Of a stretch of 64,000 nt of DNA, positions 1-15,095 are shown in pieces. Where the stretch lies: NCBI RefSeq assembly GCF_009914755.1, contig NC_060928.1. The stretch is one strand, 5' to 3'. The translations under genes were made by a program, and so were the position numbers. The first letter of the stretch is position 1; every line of letters starts with the position of its first letter. A model generated the notes under the pieces. The model ran no database searches and was not told the DNA's origin. It saw only the letters and a list, made by a program, of their open reading frames with translations. The DNA is from the human T2T-CHM13v2.0 reference genome, Homo sapiens.

Positions 1-3639
<3,639 letters not shown>

Positions 3640-3640
<1 letters not shown>

Positions 3641-4075
3641 GTAGAAATTGATCCTCCCAGTCTTAAAACCTGAGAAAGTTACGTTTGTCTTATCTGAGTT
3701 CTTTTCTCAGGAAACCAACCATCAAGTCTCCTGATGTATCAAGGAAACTTACCAGATCATGACACCTGGACAAGGTGATGCTAGGCCTCTCACCTATCAT
3801 GACTCCCTGTCCTATCACCTGCTTTCTGCTGACCAATTCCTCTTCCTTACCCCTCCCTAATTCCTGCCTTCCCACACATTGTTACATTTCTTGCCTGCTA
3901 TATAAAACCCTGTTTTTAGCCAGGCAGGGAGACAAATTAGAGATTGATCTCCCATCTCCTTGGCTACAGGACCCAATTAAAGCTTTCTTCCCTGGTGATA
4001 CTCATCATCTCAGTGATTGGCTTTCCATGCAGTGAGCAACAGGACCTAGACCAAACTGCTGGCATTTCAGTAACA
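3640..4075 (+). mobile_element. ERV1 LTR (3' LTR of the upstream internal sequence; 5' end appears deleted)
   Basis: TATATAAAA at ~3899, ATTAAA at 3976, terminal ...CAGTAACA. Matches a recalled ERV1 LTR consensus; exact family uncertain. Confidence 0.75.
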
Positions 4076-4829
4076 ATACATAGTAGGAATACAATAAATA
4101 TTTATCAAATGAATAAATGAAATGTTGGAAGAATTATGCTAATATGGCTTTATGCATCCCTCTCTGGAGATAGCCTTGCTAATAAGTCCAAAACTCCTGG
4201 AGTTTGCTGGAGTCAAGTCTTCTCTCCCAAGACATGTGGCACTACAAAAATGATTCTCCTTTTGTGCTTCTTCTGGCCCACAAATTCTCACCCTACTTCC
4301 TGAAGATAGGACATGCTATTTATCTCTAGACTTTCCAGTATATTTAATCAGGTTATGTTTTTTGTCTTGATTGCCTGGGAGTCATTTGCTGTATAAAATG
4401 TTTGGTCATCTATGCTCTGACCCATTGTGATTTTACACTTTAACTCTCAAAAGCCAACTTTGATGCCTCTTTCCCAAGTTGTCGGTGACACCCCATTACT
4501 GCCCACTGTTCTCAAAGTCAAAATTGTCTCTTGTGAATTCTGCTTACAGAACCATTTGTCACTTAGAAGAATGTGGCCAATTTTGCTTGTACACACAGCA
4601 GTTCAGATTCAGACTTTTGTTAAGTTTTGTTACATAACATCTAATGAGAATATCAGTCTTAATATTTGGGGTTATAACATACAGATGCAAGTTTATAAAT
4701 ATTCTTGGTCATAAGTCAGTTTATATTAATATAGATGGAACAATTGCTTGCACTTGTGCCAATTTCTATACTGTATATCACATACGCTCATGTTTGTATG
4801 TAAGCCTCTAAGAACTTGAAACATGAAAA

Positions 4830-4990
4830 AGAGTAAAGTTTTCATATTTATAGATGAAGAAATCAAAGCTTGGCAGGTGTAAGTAATTATTGCCAAGATC
4901 ACTCAAACAGGACTATAAATAAAACATCTACATATGTTCAAACCCAGGTTCATCAAACTTCAAATCCTATTATTTTGCTGCTATATCACA
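4830..4990 (-). mobile_element. MIR SINE remnant
   Basis: Degenerate MIR core (ATTTATAGATGAAGAAATCAAAGCT..GTAAGTAATT..GCCAAGATCAC). Confidence 0.6.
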
Positions 4991-5263
4991 TTATTTCCTC
5001 CTACATGATGAGGATAGAGCCATGGCTTTTTTTGTGTGACTATAACCTCTCCAAACAGCCCAGTAGATATTCTTGGTCCAAAGTTGCTTTCTTGTGAGTG
5101 GCTTTAGCAAGTGCCTGGATTCTTATTGAGTATGACTGATATGTCCTTCTTTTTCTATGCCAGACAAAACCTGTAATATCTATAAACCTCAAATCTGCCT
5201 ATAATTCTGGGCAGGTTTAATCTTTACCAACAATAATTCTTTTTTGTAATAGTTTGATACAGG

Positions 5264-5492
5264 AAATGGCTCTAAACCGTGGGTAATTTTACTTCTAGGA
5301 GTTATTTGGCAATGTTTGAAGGTGTTTTTGGTTGTCACAAGTGTGGAAGTACTACCATCTCTTCATAGTACCATAAATGTCTTAACAAAACACAAAGATG
5401 ATAGTAGATATCCTACAATGCATAGAACAATCCTTCTCCACAAAGAATTATATGGCCAAAAATGTCACTTGTACTGACGTTGAAAAACCCTG
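5264..5492 (+). mobile_element. MER20 (hAT-Charlie) DNA transposon
   Basis: ATTTGGCAATGT..TTTTTGGTTGTCACAA..CCTACAATGCA..AAAGAATTAT..GTTGAAAAACCCTG matches MER20. Confidence 0.85.
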
Positions 5493-5519
5493 ATGAATGG
5501 CAATCATAATAACACAAAA

Positions 5520-5720
5520 AGTCCAGATAGGATTTGAAGTTCAGACTCTTGTTTACTAGCTTCCCTGAACATTAATTATATGTCCACAAAATAGGAGTAA
5601 TAATATGTACCTCACATAGAGTATTGCAAGGATTAAATGAGATGTTATATAAACAGCTACTTCCTGATATGCGAAGCACTCCTGACATATATTTTCAATT
5701 GCTCTTATTAGTATTGTTGT
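5520..5720 (+). mobile_element. MIR SINE remnant
   Basis: AAAATAGGAGTAATAAT..TACCTCACATAGAGTATTGCAAGGATTAAATGAGAT is the MIR 3' core. Confidence 0.7.
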
Positions 5721-6734
5721 ATTCTTTCGACCTTTATGCCAAACAAGTGAATTTTTCAGTTTTTCCTTGAGAAATACGTATTAGCCTTGCCTTCTCACAA
5801 ACACTGCTTCCTCAGTCTAGAGAAAAGTGAATCTGGGTGGTTAGCAAGAGTACTTTTTCTTCTTTCAATCCACACCATGTCTGCTCTGAAAATTGAGCAT
5901 CTGTGATCACTTTACACTTTTTCTGATCCTTTCTGCGAATGAGCAGATTGATTTTTAAGCTTATCCTGTTGACATTTTCAGTTCCTAGGAAGTAAGACAT
6001 TTGTTTTGCTCTAAGCTTTGTCCCTGTGGATAACTCTACCCCAACGGCACCCATCTTTTAGGGATTTCAACAATCCCCTAAATAAACCCAAGTCCATCTG
6101 CTAAAGGACCAAAAAAGAGTCAGAAGTGTGATTAAAGGAAATTGAGCCTTTTGGTCTCACCATTCCCTCTGGATTTTCTTCTTGTTTGGTTTTCACGAAC
6201 CTCTAAATTTGCCAGGGAACAAATACCGTTTCCTGCAGGCTGATGTGTGTATTCTCATTAACATGAGGAATGGGTAAAACGTGTTGGATAAAGGAGTCAA
6301 TGACTAGAATGTGGGAGGATGAGCTACAGTGAAGGAGAAAAGAGTATTTCTGCCTAGTGGATTTTTAAAGCCTTTTTTCACTACTATCCTTTAATGTGTG
6401 GGAAATCACATTTGCCATATGGGAAGGTTATTTGGTGGAAAAAGAGCTTTAGCTCAGGTTTAGGCACTATTAAATTTATCCTCTGGTTCAGGCCTGGTGT
6501 AACTGCACTGTCTGAGCTGCCATTAGTTTCTCCATCCATATCATGAGGACAATAATATATTCATAAGGTTATTTTGAGCATTCAGACCACTGACCTGTGA
6601 GGCCTTGATGCAGAGCAAGCACTCAATGTGTATTGCTACTATGTTACCTTTTCAACATTCCGCTTTGAGTTTCCCAGGCTGTAGCCCTCTTTGGGAAGAG
6701 AGCTACCTGATATGCTCTGATGCAGACTTTTTAG

Positions 6735-7446
6735 CTTTATTTGTAATTAAACTTTTTAATTTTGAGATAATTATAGATTCAATTATAGTTTTAAGAAATA
6801 GTATCATGAGATCCCATATACCCTTCATCCAGTTTTTCACAATGGTAACATCTTGCAAAACTATTGTATAATATCACAAGTAGGATACTGACATTGATGT
6901 AACCAAAATGCAGAACATTTCTATCACTACAAGGCTCTCTCAGGTTTCCCTATCATGGTCACCCCCACATCCTTCTCAGCTTGATCCTTTCCTTAACCCC
7001 TGGGAACCACTAAGTGTTCCTCATATCTATCACGTCTTCATTTCAGCAATGCTACATAAATTATGAATAATACACAGAGTGTGATCTATAAAGTTGTTGT
7101 GTATATCAATAGTCAGTTCCTTTTCACTTCTGAGTAGTATTCCCTGGTATGGAGCTACCTCAGTTAGTGAAGCCATTCACTTTTTGTTGCTTATATTTTG
7201 AGGCTACTATTAATAAAGCTACTATAAATATTCCTGAACAGGTTTTTATTTGAACATATGTCTTTATTTCTCTGGAATAAATGCCCCAGAGTGGAATTTC
7301 TGACTCATATGGTAATTGCATGTTTCATTTTTTAAAGGAAAATGTCAAATGATTTCCCATAGTGGCTGTACCATTTTGCATTCTCACCAACAATGTTTGA
7401 ATGATCCAGTTTCTCCAAATCCTCACCAGCATTTGGTATTGCCACT
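6735..7446 (-). mobile_element. Old L1M (L1MB8/L1MC1-like) 3' fragment
   Basis: GAGATAATTATAGATTC..AATGGTAACATCTTGCAAAACTAT.. 3' UTR motif followed by ORF2-end-like sequence. Confidence 0.75.
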
Positions 7447-8152
7447 ATTTTTTTCAGCTTTACTGAGATATAATTAACAAATAATATTTGTATTTCAAGG
7501 TGTACAACATGATGTTTTGATAAATGTATACATTGTTAAATGATTATCACAATCAAGGTAATTAACATATCCACACCACATGGTTACCTGGTTTTGTGGT
7601 GAGAATGCTTAAGATCTACTCTCTTAGCAAATTTCACATATAATGCATTATTATTACTATAGCAACCACACTGTACATTAGGTCTCAGAACTCATTCGTC
7701 TTATAACTCTAAGTTTATACCCTTTGATCAACATTTCCCATTTTTCCCCATCTCTGACCCCTGATAACCACTCTTCTGCCCTCTCTTTCTATGAGCTTGA
7801 CTTTTTTATATTCCATGTATTAATGAGATCATCAAGTATTTGTAAAGAAAAGTACAAATACAAATGCTGTTTGGCTTCTTTCACTTAGCATAATGTCCTC
7901 TAGATTATGCTAGGTAATGGTAGATATCCTACTTACTACATCCATGTTGTAGTAAATAGGATATTCTTTTATATGGATTAATAATATTTATCTATTCAAT
8001 TTATTTTATCTGTCATCTGTTGATGGATATATAGGTTGTTTCCATATCGTGGCTACTGTGAATAATGCTGCAGTGAACATGGGATTGCAGTTATCTTAGA
8101 GACAGTCATGTTATTTCCTTGGGATATATACTCAGAAGTGGAATTGGTGGAC
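7447..8152 (-). mobile_element. L1MA9-like 3' fragment
   Basis: CAGCTTTACTGAGATATAATT..GTGTACAACATGATGTTTTG..GATCTACTCTCTTAGCAAATTTC matches an L1MA 3' UTR. Confidence 0.8.
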
Positions 8153-8550
8153 TTTATTCACTTGAGTTCAACCTCACAGGTTGCACAAGAAAAGAAAATA
8201 ACAATTTCTATCACTTGGTAATGCTCCTAGCTGTCAACTCAACAATGCCCAAATGAAAGGAGGGGGCTTGAAGCCCTGCTTCCCTTAACCAGGCTCAGCC
8301 CAACAAGGCCCTCACAGCTACAAAAAAAAAGTTAAAATTTGTATTTGTGGGTACACATAGGTGTATATATTCATATACATGAGATGTTTTGATAGACATG
8401 CAACGTGTAATAATCACATTAAAATTAACTCTTTTCATGTGCGAACATTTTAAAAAGGAAATGTACCCAATCCAGAACATTCCTCTATGTTCTACTCTAG
8501 AAATGAATCTTAAGTATGCATTAAGCATATATAGTGTATTGGAGTCCAGA

Positions 8551-8668
8551 TACCTCTGAGAGTTCCTATATATATGAATATATATAAAATATACATATAT
8601 ATTTAATATACATCTGAGAGTTCATATATATGAATATATATATAAATTATACATATATATATTTAATA
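8551..8668. repeat. ~58-bp tandem duplication, TA-rich
   Basis: TAC(C/A)TCTGAGAGTTC..TATATGAATATATA..ATACATATATATTTAATA occurs at 8551 and 8609. Confidence 0.85.
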
Positions 8669-8887
8669 AGGCCTATATTTTTTAAATAAAGAGATAAAAG
8701 TCTCCATGCATCTGAAATTGAACAGAAACTCAGAAAAATCAAGGGCTAAGGCTACATGCCTGTTTGGCTTCAGGCTCAGAAATATGCAGTGGTCACTGAG
8801 TTGACTCCTAAGGGGTATCAGGGACTGGAACAGGACCACCAAGCCTATATCTAGATTTCTCAACATGTATGCCATTTTTTCTTGATC

Positions 8888-8954
8888 TTTTTTTTTTTTT
8901 TTTTTTTTGAGACAAAGTCTCACTCTATCACTCTATCGCCCAGACTGGAGTGCA
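8888..8954 (-). mobile_element. Extremely 5'-truncated Alu (~45 bp of right-arm end plus poly-A)
   Basis: Poly-T then GAGACAAAGTCTCACTCT..GCCCAGACTGGAGTGCA, flanked by near-identical TTTTTCTTGA(T/A)C target-site duplication (TSD). Confidence 0.85.
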
Positions 8955-9399
8955 TTTTTCTTGAACCATTTTGCTGCTACCCCTCTTGTCCTTAATTTCT
9001 GTCTTACTGAAACGGTACTCTCTCAGTCTTTGCTTGCTAATGAAACAGCCATTAATGATTCCTGAGTAAACTGTCTTATTTTCTGGTTGTTTCCTCACAC
9101 ACTCGTATCCACCCTCTCATGCACATATGCTTGCACTCTCTCTTTTTCAATCCTGTGTGCATGTGTGCGTGTGCAAGTGCACACACACCCACACCCACAC
9201 ACACAAACACACACATCCCTTTAGGCGGGAAGCCATTTCTGTTGGCCCTTTTTTGTGCTATGTAAACTAAGACCATATTTCTTGACTACCCTCCACGCCC
9301 TGCCTGCCCTATTAATCCAAATTTACAATAAACAACATAAAACTGTTATATATCAAATCTAATAGGATGCTGATAAAGCACTGGTTAGAAAGAAATTTT

Positions 9400-10710
9400 A
9401 GATAAAATGCATTTCTATTAATAACAACAGATATTAAAACAAATTGGCTACAGAAGCTATTAAAAGAGAAATAGATTTTAAAGAAAGTAAATAAAGGAAT
9501 AGAAAAAAACAAGAGCAGACAATAATGAAATAAAAAAACATACAAGAGCAACAGAATGTTTCTTTAAAAGACTAATAAAATAATTCTTTATCAAGGCACT
9601 GAGGTGAATGCTTTATATTACGTTAATTCGTTTAATTTTCACAGCCACCCTATAGGGTAGGTAGTATCAAGAAATAGCACAAAGAAACATGAACATCAAG
9701 AGGAGGAGAACATGGTCATAAATACAGCAGAGATTTTACAAATCAATGGCAGGTTCTGAGGACAAATTTTTGCCAATAAATTGGAAAGCTGTCAATGTCA
9801 ATTACCAAAGTAACTTAAGAAGAAAAGAACTAAATAATGCAATACATATTTTTTGTTAAATGGAACTATCAGTTTAAAATTCCTCCCTCAAAAAAAAATT
9901 TGTAAGCTCAGGCAATTTTACAGGATCATTTTCTTAACCATCAAATCCTATCTTATATAAGGAGTTGTACATAATAGATTTAGGGAGTAGGTTAACAAAT
10001 TAATTTTGGGAAACTAATATTGCTTTGAAAATAAGACCTGACACAGAATTCAAGAAAATCCCAAATTATAGACAATCTCATGTAGTAGCACAGGTGCAAA
10101 AATCCTAAATATAACTTTTGTAAATCAAATCCATCAGTGTTAATAAATACATTGTAACCAAGGAGGACTCATCACAAGAATTCGAGAATAATTCAACCTC
10201 AGAAGATACTGCAACGCAATTTACACGTTGACAAACGAACACTTTTCTGAGAAAAGGAATTTATAAACAGTAAAACTTAAACATTTCCATTAGTAATGAA
10301 TAAAAAAATGTTGCCCATCATTACCCATGACTCATCATTATCCATCATTGTACTAGTTCTTAGCTAAGGCAAAGCTACCAGAAAAATAATAAATACATAA
10401 GAACTGCTAAAAAAAAGAAATGTTAATTATTTAGAGCATGTTTATCAATAAAGAAGCTATATGATAATCTCTAAACTATTAGAAATCATAATAAAATTGA
10501 ACAAAATGACTAGGTATAAAATTAATATATAAAAATCAAAATGAATATATATGTTTTAATTGTATATTAAAATATACAATTTTAATATATTAAATATATA
10601 AAAATAAACCAATAATTAATTAAAATTTATAATAGAAAATTATACTAATTGTAATAGCAACAAAAATTACAATATACCAAGGAAAAAACTGTGTAAAAAT
10701 ATGTAAGTAA
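9400..10710 (+). mobile_element. Ancient L1M ORF2 remnant with a MIR fragment at ~9590-9665
   Basis: A-rich degenerate ORF2-like sequence (GGTGCAAAAATCCTAAAT..AAATCCATCAGTG; GGTATAAAATTAATATATAAAAATCAA). Confidence 0.6.
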
Positions 10711-10714
10711 GCCC

Positions 10715-11168
10715 TGTTTTCATTTCCTGGGACTACCTTAATAAAATAGCATTAACTGCGTGGCTTAAAACAACACAAATGTATTGTCTCAAAGATCTGG
10801 AGACTAGAAGTCAGAAATCAAGATGGGAGCAGGGCTATAATCCCTCCAAATCCTCTAGGGGAGGATCCTTCCTTGCCTCTTTCAGTTTCTCATAGCCCCA
10901 GGTGTTCCTTGCTTATACATGCATTATGCCAACTTCTCCCTCCACCTTCCCCTGGTGTTCTTTCTCACTTTGTCTCCATGTCTTCACATGGCCTTCCTCT
11001 TATATAGACCCCTGTCATATTGGATTAGAGGCCCAGCCTACTCCAGCGCAACCTCATCTTAATTAATTACATCTGTAATGACCCTGGTTCCAAATAACGT
11101 CATATTCTGAGGTCCTAAGGGTTACGACTTATGCATACCTGTTGGGGGACATAATCCGACCCATAACA
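10715..11168 (-). mobile_element. MLT1 (MLT1B/C-like) MaLR solo LTR
   Basis: GTGGCTTAAAACAACACAAATGTATTGTCTC..AGAAGTCAGAAATCAAG..CCCATAACA; TG...CA ends; 5-bp TSD AGCCC/ATCCC. Confidence 0.9.
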
Positions 11169-11216
11169 ATCCCAAGGTTCGAGGCATTATTTAAGGACAC
11201 AGAAGTCCCGTATCAC

Positions 11217-11710
11217 TGTCCAAAAGTCAAAGACCATTAGGATAACAGACCTGTTGTCAAACTGGCAAACTGACCTGTTGTCAATTTTAAAGATTATTTG
11301 ACTCAGCAAGGAAAACTGCATGCCATGGGGAAGAATGGGGGCATCTCAGTAAGAAGAAAATGTATATGACAGTTCTTTTAAATTGAAACTCCAGCTTGTA
11401 TTAAATGACTTGGGGGAGGGCATAAAGAAGTGACAATTTTCTCTGGATGATGTCAGAAAGCAGAGGTGGGAGTCGGGGGGTCACTGGTGATCTTAACAAT
11501 TTTTGTCTAAGGTATGAGGAACAGAGGCTAAGTCTGCAACTTGCAAAGAAGTAACACACACACATGTTAGCTGGGAAAGGGGATGTTTGGTTACTTTTGT
11601 GATTTGCATGTGTTGATCTATGTCATTAGGTAACGGCATTATTTTTGCCTCCCTCCATCACAGTCTCAATGACCTCAGCTGATGGGGTTCTGTAACATTA
11701 TATTCACTGC
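11217..11710 (-). mobile_element. ERV1-type LTR remnant (MER90/MER110-like)
   Basis: Resembles recalled consensus (GGGGAGGG..AAGAAG..TTTTCTCTGGATG..AGGGGATGTTTGGT..); family tentative. Confidence 0.45.
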
Positions 11711-12659
11711 CATCTAGCTGTCACCAACCAGTCACTAGCTGACATCTGTTAAGTGTGCTTTTCTTCATCACACCTAAATAATTGATGAAATTCACCATGA
11801 TTATGAGTGGAAATATTATAAAGATGTTCAATCCACTCAAATAAATTAATGAAATCATTTTGTGGTGTAAGAAGATATGGCAAATTTGAAAGTAAATACT
11901 CCTGGCTAAAGGCATTAACATTTTTATAAAGATAAACAATTCATCTATGGAACAAACTCAGTCTCCAATCTATAACTAAGGTGACAACACATTCTAGTCC
12001 GCTTAAAACAGTTTTGGCTTCTACCCATTGTCCCACCTTCCAATCTGGTTAGTATTTTCCCTGGGCTTTTCTGGCTAGTATTTTTCCCAGATTTTTTTAC
12101 CAAGCTATTAAATTAAATTTCAAATAAACCAGAATAGGTTTGGTAACCCTCTACTGTGTACTTCTAGCTTCTACCAGTTTCATCTAGTAGTGTGTGGTAT
12201 GTATGTGCAGTGAGTTAGTTTTCATTCAACATGGGGTTAATTCACAAAATCAGTCATCAACAATCTGTCTTTTCCCAAGTCTTTTCATGAGTAATGCAAC
12301 TTACACCTTCTATTCAAGGACAACCTGCAGAGCATTCAATGATAAAACAGTGTGTGGTAACAAGTGCAGCTAGAGAAAGCAAACTTTTGGTCACCAGCTA
12401 CAAGGAGGAATGTATTTCATGCTGCTGTTCTTGCCAGTCACATGGTGTACCACACAGTTGTGCTGTAGCCCTACCATAGTTTGGAAGATCCACAGAGCTC
12501 CCAGACCTCAGGTTGCTGGAGTCAGTAGGAAACAAGGGAAATTACAGGTTAGGTGTATTTGAAATTTGTGTGGGAAATGGAGGCTCAGCAGGCAGCCATA
12601 AAGTGTAGAGAATAATCTGAATGTGATTGCACAGTGGCTTTAAAATTGACACCTATGTT

Positions 12660-12925
12660 GGTAACACTTTTTTCCTCCTTCCCTATTTATGTATTCAATC
12701 ATTTATTTGTACTTTTATGGATTCATGGATTTTTTTTCCTCTTTGAGTTGAAAATCCAATAATATTAGTAGAGTTCATTCTAGCTCTCATTTGCTTATTT
12801 GTAACATCTCAGAAAGTGAGAAACTTAGCTGTCATTATCCGCAATAGATTTCTTTGTTCAAGTCTAGTATACATGTAAAGTACTTAATAGTTTCAGAATT
12901 GTCAACTCATATCTTGTTTGGTAAC
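12660..12925 (-). mobile_element. L1MC/L1MD 3' UTR fragment
   Basis: ATTCAATCATTTATTT..ATGGATTCATGGAT..TAGTTTCAGAATTGT motifs. Confidence 0.55.
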
Positions 12926-14957
12926 ATTTTAATTTTTCAACCAACACTTGTTAGCAGACATGAACTAAAAAAAATCTACATTCAATTAAAAATTAAGGGC
13001 TGAATTTGTTTCACAAAAGATTAATAATAACATTTTCTAGTAGCTATTTTAAGGAGATTGCACCCAAAGATGACTTAAAATGTGAAAATTTAGAAGATAT
13101 CTAAGTATAATTCTAAGAAGCTCTACTTTCATTTAGATCAGTTACTAAATGGGTTTTTGCTTATTTTCAAGTTTTTTTATTATTATAATTTTTATTATTA
13201 TACTTTAAGTTCTGGGGTACATGTGCAGAAGGTGCAGGTTTGTTACATAGATATACATGTGACATGGTGGTTTGCTGCACCCATCAACCTGTCATCTCCA
13301 TTAGGTATTTCTCCTAATGCTATCCCTCCCCCGGCCTCCAAGCCCCCGACAGGCCCTGGTGTGTAACGTTCCCCTCCCTGTGTCCATGTGTTCTCATTCT
13401 GCAACTCCCACTTATGTTTGAGAATATGTGGTGTTTTGCTTTCTGTTACTATGTGAGTTTGCTGAGAATGATGGTTTCCAGCTTCATCCATGTGCCTGCA
13501 AAGACATGAACTCATCCCTTTTTATGGCTGCATAGTATTCCATGTTGTATATGGTGTATATGTGCCACATTTTCTTTATCCAGTCTATCACTGATGGGTA
13601 TTTGGGTTGGCTCCAAGTCTTTGCTATTGTGAACAGTGCTGCAATAAACATACATGTGCATGTCTTTATAGTAGAATGATTTATAATCTTTGGGTATATA
13701 CCCAGTAATGGGATTGTTGGGTCAAATGGTATTTCTAGTTCTAGATCCTTGAGGAATTGCCACACTGTCTTCCACAATGGTTGAACTAATGTACACTCCC
13801 ACCAACAGTGTAAAAGCATTCCTATTTCTCCACATCCTCTTTAGCATCTGTTGTTTCCTGACTTTTTAATGATCGCCATTCTAACTGGTGTGAGATGGTA
13901 TCTCATTGTGGTTTTGATTTGCATTTGTCTAATGATCAGTGATGATGAGATTTTTTCCCCATATGTTTGTTGGCCACATAAATGTCTTCTTTTGAGAATT
14001 GTCTGTTCATATCCTTCTCCCACTTTTTGATGAGGTTGCTTGATTTTTTTCTTGTAAATTTGTTTGAGTTTTTTGTAGATTCTGGATATTAGCCCTTTGT
14101 CAGATGGATAGATTGCAAAAAATTTCTCCCATTCTGTAGGTTACCTGTTCACTCTGATGACAGTCTCTTTTGCTGTGCAGAAGCTCTTTAGTTTAATTAC
14201 ATTCCATTTGTCAATTTTGGCTTTTGTTGCCATTGCTTTTGGTGTTTTAGTCATGAAGTCTTTGCCCATGTCTATGTCCTGAATGGTATTGTCTAGGTTT
14301 TCTAACTAGGGTTTCTGTGGTTTTAGGTCTTACATTTAAGTCTTTAATCCACCTTGAGTTAATTTCTGCATAAGGTGTAAGGAAAGGATCCAGTTTCAGT
14401 TTTCTGCATATGGCTAGCCAGTTTTCTCAACACCATTTATGAAATAGGGAATCCTTTCCCCATTGCATGTTTTTGTCAGGTTTGTAAAAAATCAGGGTTG
14501 TAGATGTGTGGTGTTATTTCTGAAGCCTCTGTTTTGTTCCATTTGTCTATATATCTGTTTTGGTAAGAGTACCATGCTGTTTTGGTTACTGTAGACTTGT
14601 AGTATAGTTTGAAGTCAGGTAGCATGATGCCTCCAGCTTTGTTCTTTTTGCTTAGGATTGTCTTGGCTATGCGGGCTCTTTTTTGGTACCATATGAAATT
14701 TAAAGTAGTTTTTTCCAGTTCTGTGAAGTAAGTCAATGGTAGCTTGATGGGGATAGCATTGAATCTATACATTATTTTGGGCATTTTCACAATATTGATT
14801 CTTGTCCATGAGCATGGAATGTTTTTCCATTTGTTTGTGTCCTCTTATTTCTTTGGGCAGTGGTTTGTAGTTCTCCTTGAAGAGGTCCTTCATATCCCTT
14901 GAAAATTGTATTCCTAGGTATTTTATCCTCTTTGTAGCAATTGTGAATGGGAGTTCA

Positions 14958-15095
<138 letters not shown>

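Noticed and set aside
5404-7932. Shared 13-mer GTAGATATCCTAC in MER20 (~5404) and the hairpin cluster (~7920)
   Set aside because: Short and explicable independently at each site; chance cannot be excluded
8551-8668. Short direct repeats that might suggest an array (also 11249-11285, 25878-25912, 28966-28989, 44910-44951)
   Set aside because: Two or three copies without unique spacers; ordinary slippage duplications, not CRISPR-like
9155-9215. TG-rich tract followed by CA-rich tract with hairpin potential
   Set aside because: Common degenerate microsatellite arrangement with no further support
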